A stretch of DNA of 64,000 nt from an uncultured Bacilli bacterium (GTDB lineage: Bacteria; Bacillota_I; Bacilli_A; RF39; UBA660), in NCBI GenBank assembly GCA_934101115.1, contig CAKOPW010000001.1, forward strand, positions 73,295-137,294, in the 5' to 3' direction. Below the pieces are notes generated by a model. The model was given only the letters and a program-made list of their open reading frames with translations. It made no database searches and was not told the DNA's origin. The first letter of the stretch is position 1; each line of letters begins with the position of its first letter. Below are positions 57,611 through 64,000 of the stretch, one piece after another. Both the position numbers and the translations under genes were made by a program.

Positions 57611-58269
57611 AATAAGATATACCCTAACCCCTTCTTAGTTTCAATCGCATCCGTTAATGAAGCATCACTTAACTTACTTCTTAAGCGACTAATATTAACT
57701 GTTAAAGCATTATCGTTAATATATTCATCATTATTCCAAAGAGTTGTCATAATTTCATCTCTTGAGACAATCTTACCTAAGTTATCAAACAAACACATAA
57801 AGATAATCATTTCGTTTTTAGTAAGTTCGATTACTTTATCGCCACTTTCCAACTCACAACGTGATTTATTAATAAAAAATCCTCGATACATCTTATTTTG
57901 TTCAGTATTATTACATCTTTTTAAAACTGATTGAATTCTTAATATTAAAATATTAGGATTATAAGGCTTCGTTATATAATCATCTGCTCCATAAGTGATT
58001 GATAAAGCTTCATCAAGTTCATTATTGTTACTAGTAACCATAATAACAGGAATATTGCTTTTTTCTCTTATTCTTTTTAAAACTTCTTTGCCATTTAAAC
58101 ATGGGATATTGATATCAAGCAAAACTAAATCAGAGTTGCTTGCAAGTAAAGATTCTTCAACATGTGAAAAATCTTCAACACAATAAACATCATAGTTAGC
58201 ATTTTTAAGAAGTTCTCCTAATTCTTTTCTAATCGTTTCATCATCTTCTACTATAGCAATTTTCTTCAT
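57607..58269 (-). CDS. OmpR-family response regulator
   Basis: Receiver domain (DLVLLDINIP) plus a winged-helix C-terminus (LTVNISRLRSKL...GLGY). Confidence 0.92.
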   Translation of the reverse strand: MKKIAIVEDDETIRKELGELLKNANYDVYCVEDFSHVEESLLASNSDLVLLDINIPCLNGKEVLKRIREKSNIPVIMVTSNNNELDEALSITYGADDYITKPYNPNILILRIQSVLKRCNNTEQNKMYRGFFINKSRCELESGDKVIELTKNEMIIFMCLFDNLGKIVSRDEIMTTLWNNDEYINDNALTVNISRLRSKLSDASLTDAIETKKGLGYILL

Positions 58270-58310
58270 AGTTCCTCCGTTACATTATTATATCAAATTT
58301 TTTATCTTTT

Positions 58311-59222
58311 CTACCTTACTTTTTTGTAATGTTCTTTATCTTCATACATCGCTTCATCGGCTATTTTAGTTAAATCATTTAAACTTAAGTTTTTTTCTTT
58401 GTAAGCAACTCCTATGGCACAACTATATTTAGTTTTATTCATTTTTTCTTTTAACTCTTTTATAAATTCTTCTATTTCTAATTTATGAGTATTATAGCAA
58501 ACAATTAAAAATTCATCGCCTCCTACTCGATATAAACGCATATCCTTTAAAATCGTTGTTTTGATTAGCTCTACCAAAGTTACAATTGCTTTATCTCCTT
58601 CATCATGGCCTAAAGTATCATTGATTTTCTTTAAATTATTTAAATCAATGCTTATAATAGCATTAATTTGTTTTTTATTTTTATTAAAATCTCTTTTTAA
58701 AGGTTTTCTATTTAAAGTATCTGTAAGTTCATCTTTTATATAAAAATCACATATTAAATATATAAAATAGAATAACGTAAAGAAAGTATTACCTATATAT
58801 AATTTATCTATTAAAAGAGAAATTATTAAGAATATATATAAGACAGCACGTATATTATTATCATATTTTGGATTATTTAAATAACTATATAATTCAACAA
58901 CAACTAAAAACGTTGTATAGATAAAGAAAACATCCATCCTATTAAATATAAAGTAAGAAATTAATAATACAATATTTGAAATAAAATTTAATTTTTTACT
59001 TTTTATCGTATAAAGAGAATATAACATAAAATTTAATAAATACAAAAAGCTAATAAGATAAGCTCCATTTAAAAATAATAGAAATTCAAATATGTTTAGA
59101 AAAAACATAATATTGATAATCAATTTATTGGTTGTATCCTTTAAATAAAAGATAAACGAATAGTAGATAATCATTATAAAGATAAAAAAGACAAAATAGT
59201 TATTTATAAATATATCAAACAT
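58311..59222 (-). CDS. Membrane-bound GGDEF diguanylate cyclase
   Basis: About 5 TM helices followed by DSLTxLxNR-like TDTLNRKP and RVGGDEFLIV. Confidence 0.85.
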   Translation of the reverse strand: MFDIFINNYFVFFIFIMIIYYSFIFYLKDTTNKLIINIMFFLNIFEFLLFLNGAYLISFLYLLNFMLYSLYTIKSKKLNFISNIVLLISYFIFNRMDVFFIYTTFLVVVELYSYLNNPKYDNNIRAVLYIFLIISLLIDKLYIGNTFFTLFYFIYLICDFYIKDELTDTLNRKPLKRDFNKNKKQINAIISIDLNNLKKINDTLGHDEGDKAIVTLVELIKTTILKDMRLYRVGGDEFLIVCYNTHKLEIEEFIKELKEKMNKTKYSCAIGVAYKEKNLSLNDLTKIADEAMYEDKEHYKKVR

Positions 59223-59263
59223 TTAATCACCCTATTTAATAATATTAAAAAGGAAGCAAATAA

Positions 59264-60457
59264 TTACTTCCTTTCTAATAATTGTCTTTCATATTCATAT
59301 GTAGCTAATCTATTGCTATATTGCAATTTTGTTAATTCTTCATTGATTCCCATAATCCAATATTCTTTATCTTCATCATCTATACATGTTTCCATTTCTT
59401 TCATATATTCAAATACTTGATCAAGCTCTTCTCCAAAATAAAATTTAAATTCTTCTATATGATCTTTAAAATAGTCATATGTATATGTCTTCGCGACTAT
59501 TTCAGTTTTCTTTAAAAAATTTGCTAATTTGTATTGCTCAAAGCCAAGACGAACCATTAAAGATGCTACATACTCACGTTCTTCACTGGTTAAGATTTCA
59601 CTGGTTAAGATTTCATTAGTTAATTCTCCAGTATATGGATTATAATATTTTTTTACTTCTTTTAATAAAGTTTTATATTCTTTATCATTTATATATTTGT
59701 GAGTTTGTGGTTCTGTTGTTTTTTTAACTTCGGTTACTGAAACTTGATTTTTTGTTTTACTGCGTTTATTCAATCTGCTTAATAATTCATTTTCAATGCT
59801 TTCAGCAACATAAATTGATACTCCTAAATTTAAGAAAGCTTTGAATACCTTTAATATATTTTTTTCATCATATGTATTTGGTATGTTTGTATAATTTTCT
59901 TTTATTATAGAAATGTTTGTAAAAACACTATTTAAATCCAATTGATATTCGAAACCACAATTGCCTAACTTAGATAAAACCTCTTGATCTTGTTCGATTG
60001 CAGATTTCATTGGTTGATAATTACCTTTGGTTGCATCTATCAAATGATTTTGATTAACAGATTTGCTGAAATAATGAAAATAAACTTCATAGCAATCAAT
60101 AACGTATGCTTCATCATTTGTTATTGGGCAATCGGATATAAAATCAAGTAAAACGTTTGCTATCTCTTTTCGCGTCAATGATGAATCTTCTAAAGTATCA
60201 GCTAATATTTTTACAATATTTGTTAAATAAAAATATTCAGTAAACTGACAACTCTTAAACATATTTGATAAAGTCAAATAGATAATTTCTAAATGAGTTA
60301 TTCTTTTTAGTTTTTCGGATGTTTCATTACATGGAAAATTACTTTTTCCTCCCAATTTTCTTAACTTTTCTTCTAGTAAAATTGCACTATTGACTTTTTT
60401 TAACTCTATCACTTGTTCATCAAAAAAGTTTATTGCTTTTTGATATGATTTATTCAC
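59264..60457 (-). CDS. Paralog-array protein 1 (unknown function)
   Basis: GTG 60457 (AAAGGTGA upstream) gives VNKSYQKAINFF.., parallel to the N-termini of the paralogs. The conserved C-terminal module is KTYTYDYFKDH.EEF.FYFGEEL...DKEYWIMGINEEL. A terminator follows the stop. Confidence 0.7.
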   Translation of the reverse strand: MNKSYQKAINFFDEQVIELKKVNSAILLEEKLRKLGGKSNFPCNETSEKLKRITHLEIIYLTLSNMFKSCQFTEYFYLTNIVKILADTLEDSSLTRKEIANVLLDFISDCPITNDEAYVIDCYEVYFHYFSKSVNQNHLIDATKGNYQPMKSAIEQDQEVLSKLGNCGFEYQLDLNSVFTNISIIKENYTNIPNTYDEKNILKVFKAFLNLGVSIYVAESIENELLSRLNKRSKTKNQVSVTEVKKTTEPQTHKYINDKEYKTLLKEVKKYYNPYTGELTNEILTSEILTSEEREYVASLMVRLGFEQYKLANFLKKTEIVAKTYTYDYFKDHIEEFKFYFGEELDQVFEYMKEMETCIDDEDKEYWIMGINEELTKLQYSNRLATYEYERQLLERK

Positions 60458-60470
60458 TTTGATCACCTTT

Positions 60471-61472
60471 CTAATATTGTACCAATAAATTCTTTTTAGT
60501 TTTCTTTTCTTGGTCTCTTTCTTTAAAAGTTGTTGAACCATTGATGCATGCTACTGTGTTTGCTAACATTTTCTCATAATAGAAATTGTATTCTTCCTCA
60601 TAATCATATTTTTCTTTTTGTTGATCATCAGTTTCCTTTAAGAACTTGATAACACTTTCTTTTTTTGTGTTTATTATAATCATTGCAATTACTACTTGTT
60701 CTCGCTCTTCTTTGGATATTTTTAATAAAATTGTTTCATCAGTGTCTAAATTAAAATATTTGTTTATTATTTCTAAATATTGATGATATTCTTTTTTATA
60801 ATAATCTCTAACTAATTCGTCCTCCAATACATATAACATAGCGGGATTCACTCCCAACCTCAATAATCCATTAATTGCTTCAAAAATGTACTTTGGATTA
60901 TTTTTTCTCTTTATATTTGCATATGATTTTTGAATACTTCTAATCTGTTCACAGATATTATCAATATCAAGAATAAATAATTCGCTATTTAATGCATCTT
61001 GTAAACGACTATCTTTTTTTATAAAATCGCGGATTTCTTTTTCATCGCCAGCAACATAACTTTTTACCATTTCATCGCTTATTATACTTGGATAGTATTC
61101 TAAAATTATTTTGAAAATATCGATATCTTTTTTTCTTTCATAAACCTTTGGGATTTCTTCAATCATAGAAAATAGAATGTTAGCAATTTCTTGAATGCTT
61201 AAATCGGTTGATTCTAATACATCGGTTAATAAACAAATCATATTAGTAGAAAAAAACATCTCCTTTTTACCAGTTTTTAAGTAAGATTTTAGAATAGAAA
61301 ATTCGAGTTGCTTTTTATTTGGTAAATGTTCTTCGTTTTTTGAAGTGGGATTCTTTTTAATTTCAAAATAATCATAAGCATCTTGTAAAGAAACAGAATA
61401 ACTTCTATTATTATCGATTAAACTTTTTTCGATAATATCTAAAATTTGTATATAAATTTTATTCATCATCAC
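60471..61472 (-). CDS. Paralog-array protein 2 (short form lacking the conserved C-terminal module)
   Basis: The N-terminal two thirds are homologous to the paralogs (..IQEIANILFSMIEEIP.., ..LLRLGV..). The C-terminus is diverged or truncated. Confidence 0.65.
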   Translation of the reverse strand: MMMNKIYIQILDIIEKSLIDNNRSYSVSLQDAYDYFEIKKNPTSKNEEHLPNKKQLEFSILKSYLKTGKKEMFFSTNMICLLTDVLESTDLSIQEIANILFSMIEEIPKVYERKKDIDIFKIILEYYPSIISDEMVKSYVAGDEKEIRDFIKKDSRLQDALNSELFILDIDNICEQIRSIQKSYANIKRKNNPKYIFEAINGLLRLGVNPAMLYVLEDELVRDYYKKEYHQYLEIINKYFNLDTDETILLKISKEEREQVVIAMIIINTKKESVIKFLKETDDQQKEKYDYEEEYNFYYEKMLANTVACINGSTTFKERDQEKKTKKNLLVQY

Positions 61473-62652
61473 TATTTTTACTTTGAACTAATAATTTTGT
61501 TTCATATTCGTAAGAATTTAATTTGTTACCTGATTTTAATTTATCAAGTTCTTCATTTATTCCCATAATCCAATATTCTTTGTCTTCATCACTCACACAT
61601 AATGTAATTTCTTCCATATATGCTTTTACTTGTTCTAGTTCTTCTCCAAAGTAGAATTCAAACTCCTCTACATGATCTTTAAAATAATCATAGGTATAAG
61701 TTTTTTCTACCATTTCTGTTTTGCTTAAAAAGTCCAATAATTGCTCTTGTTCTACTCCAATTTGAATCATTAGTGAAGCAATATATTCACGCTTCTCACT
61801 AGTTAAAATTTCATCAGTAAGCTTTCCTGAGGAAGGATTATAGTATTTGTTTATTTCTTTTAAAATTGCTCGATATTCTTTATCACTCAAATATTTACTT
61901 GGTTTTGGTTCTTTTTTGATAACTATTGGGGTTTGTTCTTTTATTGCATCTTTCTTTACTCTTTCAAATAATTGATAAAGTAACTCCTTCTCTACTATTT
62001 TAACGTGTTTTGTACTTACACCTAGTGTAGAAAGTGCATATAAAACATTAGCAATATTGCTTACATCAAAACTATCTTTGATTTTGGAATAATTATCTTT
62101 AATTATTTCAATTTGCTTAATTACCGCACCTAAATCCATAAATACCGCTGAACAATCATAATTAATTAGTTTTAGAAAATTTTTATCAGAAATACGTTCA
62201 ATAATTTTAGCTGGATTAGTCGTTAAATAACTATACATTTCTTGTTGACTAATAACAGCTGGGAAGTAAATCGATAATGTAGCAGTAAGATCAGGTATAA
62301 ATATAGGTTCATCAGTAGTGTTTTCAATATTTATTGAAACACTTGATGCAACACTCAATAATATATTAGAAATTGTTTTATTATCAAAAGGAAACTTATC
62401 AAGTGCTTCTGAGAGTATACGCATGGTATCTGAAAATGCAAAAAATGCTGGGTTTCCATAACAGATATATTGTCTCAACATTGCTGTGCCAAAGCTCTCT
62501 CGTTTTATTGAAACACAAGTTTCAGTGGCTACTCGATCATTTTCTAATCTTTCTTTATAACTTTTAACAAAAGGATTATCACCAGGAACTGGTAATTTTA
62601 AATTCAAATCCTTGTCTAAAACATCTAATATTTTTTTATAATATTTATTCAT
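61459..62652 (-). CDS. Paralog-array protein 3
   Basis: 397 aa with the full conserved C-terminal module. 14-nt overlap with the next gene. Confidence 0.7.
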   Translation of the reverse strand: MNKYYKKILDVLDKDLNLKLPVPGDNPFVKSYKERLENDRVATETCVSIKRESFGTAMLRQYICYGNPAFFAFSDTMRILSEALDKFPFDNKTISNILLSVASSVSINIENTTDEPIFIPDLTATLSIYFPAVISQQEMYSYLTTNPAKIIERISDKNFLKLINYDCSAVFMDLGAVIKQIEIIKDNYSKIKDSFDVSNIANVLYALSTLGVSTKHVKIVEKELLYQLFERVKKDAIKEQTPIVIKKEPKPSKYLSDKEYRAILKEINKYYNPSSGKLTDEILTSEKREYIASLMIQIGVEQEQLLDFLSKTEMVEKTYTYDYFKDHVEEFEFYFGEELEQVKAYMEEITLCVSDEDKEYWIMGINEELDKLKSGNKLNSYEYETKLLVQSKNSDDE

Positions 62653-63955
62653 TTTCTTCTAGCCTTCTTTCAACTAATAATTTTGTTTCATATTCGTAAG
62701 AATTTAATTTGTTACCTGATTTTAACTTATCAAGTTCTTCATTTATTCCCATAATCCAATATTCTTTGTCTTCACTACTTACACATAATTTAATTTCTTC
62801 CATATATTCAAATATTTGATCAAGTTCTTCTCCAAAATAAAATTTAAATTCTTCCACATGATCTTTAAAATAATCATAGGTATAAGTTTTCTCTACTACC
62901 TCCGTTTTGCTTAAAAAGTCTGAAATAACTGATTGATCGATTTCAACTTTAACCATTAGATATGTAATATACTCGCGTTTTTCTTCAGATATTTCTTCCA
63001 ATAGTTCTCTTGTATATGGGTTATAGCTTTTCCTTATTTCTTTTAAAACTGCTCGATATTCTTTATCTGTTAAATTTTTACTCTTTTTTGCTTCTATAGC
63101 TGCTTTTTTACTCATTTGGTTTTCAAAAAGTTCTTTTTTTAAAGTTTTTCTCATATAAGTAATTAGATTATGAGGGAATCCTAATCTCTCTAAACTCCAA
63201 CAAACTTCTTCAATGGATGTTTCGTCAAAATTTTCTTGATTATGTAAATAACTTTTTTTAATTTGATTAATATTGTTTTTAATTTTAATTGGACGCAGCG
63301 TTGGATTTATTTTTTCTCGAGAAATCACTGATTTTAGTGATACAAATAACAGATTGAGATAAATATCGATGTTTCCTGTGGAAAATTCTAAGACATCAAC
63401 ATTTCTAAAAAAGAAACGCCCTTTTTCAAATATATCAAAGATATCATAACTAAATTCTGACTCACATAACTGAATCGGATAATTTTCTATTAGTTCCATT
63501 AAAAAATCACATACTAAATCTTTTGGTAATGATGACTTTCCTAATTCAACTGCATAACTTTTTATTATATTTGTTAACTTAAAATACCCAATACTTTGGT
63601 CATTTTGTGTTGAATATTTTGTTATTGTAGTTAAAGGTGAGTTATATTGTTCTGCTAATTTGATTGCATTTGCTAAAGATGATTTTGATTCTTTGTTTAA
63701 GAGACTATTATCCTTTTCATCTTTGGCAGCATATATTTCATCTAAATGTTTTAGAAGATACAATAAAAGTAATCTTCTCATTATTTGAATCGTTGTGTTA
63801 CTTACTCTAATGTAGCTTTCTGATAACTCAATTCTTGCTTTAGCTGTATTTAAAAATGCATCAATATCTTCATCTAAACATGGATCAAAATCAGGTGCTA
63901 TATTTTTAGCAATACTCTTTTTTAGATATTCCTCTATTTCTTTATATTTCTTCAT
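62645..63955 (-). CDS. Paralog-array protein 4
   Basis: 436 aa with the full conserved C-terminal module. 8-nt overlap with the next gene. Confidence 0.7.
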   Translation of the reverse strand: MKKYKEIEEYLKKSIAKNIAPDFDPCLDEDIDAFLNTAKARIELSESYIRVSNTTIQIMRRLLLLYLLKHLDEIYAAKDEKDNSLLNKESKSSLANAIKLAEQYNSPLTTITKYSTQNDQSIGYFKLTNIIKSYAVELGKSSLPKDLVCDFLMELIENYPIQLCESEFSYDIFDIFEKGRFFFRNVDVLEFSTGNIDIYLNLLFVSLKSVISREKINPTLRPIKIKNNINQIKKSYLHNQENFDETSIEEVCWSLERLGFPHNLITYMRKTLKKELFENQMSKKAAIEAKKSKNLTDKEYRAVLKEIRKSYNPYTRELLEEISEEKREYITYLMVKVEIDQSVISDFLSKTEVVEKTYTYDYFKDHVEEFKFYFGEELDQIFEYMEEIKLCVSSEDKEYWIMGINEELDKLKSGNKLNSYEYETKLLVERRLEENE

Positions 63956-64000
63956 GATTATCTTTCCTATCTTTTAACAATTTCGTTTCATATTCATACG
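63942..64000 (-). CDS. C-terminal end of a fifth paralog (partial, continues right of the window)
   Basis: Hand translation gives ..YEYETKLLKDRKDNHEEI*, matching the ..YEYETKLLV.. tails of paralogs 3 and 4. Its stop overlaps the start of paralog 4. Confidence 0.6.
   Translation of the reverse strand, partial: YEYETKLLKDRKDNHEEI

Noticed and set aside
60458-60541. 71-nt overlap between paralog ORFs 59264-60541 and 60471-61472
   Set aside because: The overlap comes from upstream read-through of the ORF. GTG 60457 with its AAAGGTGA RBS gives an N-terminus (VNKSYQKAINFF) that parallels the other paralogs and leaves a 13-nt gap.
1-64000. Possibility of an alternative genetic code (TGA = Trp, as in Mollicutes), given the very low GC content
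   Set aside because: Conserved proteins are full length under the standard code. Trp positions such as WCGPCK use TGG. Reading TGA as Trp at 41833 yields nonsense rather than the HExxH continuation.

Overview
Visibly AT-rich chromosome segment of Bacillota (Firmicutes) type that uses the standard genetic code: TGG encodes Trp and TGA acts as a stop. Almost every gene is on the minus strand.

Positions 1 to about 38.3 kb are mostly housekeeping. They hold a fused ABC ATPase/FtsX transporter, yqeY, rpsU, hemW, lepA, trmK, sigA, dnaG, mnmA, frr, ftsW/rodA, an rnfC/rnfD-like pair, nfo, parC, trxA, cvpA, rnhC and holA. Surface-protein genes are interspersed: cadherin-like beta-sandwich proteins, two prepilin-type proteins, two HExxH membrane proteins, and two large glycine-rich proteins.

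tRNA-His (38337-38413) marks a switch to accessory content.
- A 391-bp module is present twice. Each copy looks like a type I toxin-antitoxin locus: a small hydrophobic peptide with a convergent antisense RNA.
- A complete diversity-generating retroelement (DGR) follows. Its order is target gene, TR, MutS-domain-like gene, avd, RT. The 150-bp TR/VR pair differs almost only at TR adenines.
- There is also an ECF sigma factor with an anti-sigma/M23 fusion, a Bce-type RR-HK-ABC module, and a GGDEF protein.
- The right end carries a translationally coupled array of at least 5 paralogous genes of unknown function.

The two glycine-rich surface genes sit behind duplicated promoters that carry a G8 tract in the -35/-10 spacer, which makes them candidates for phase variation.

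I saw no rRNA, CRISPR array, transposase or integrase. All functional calls rest on motif recognition by eye. No database search was run.
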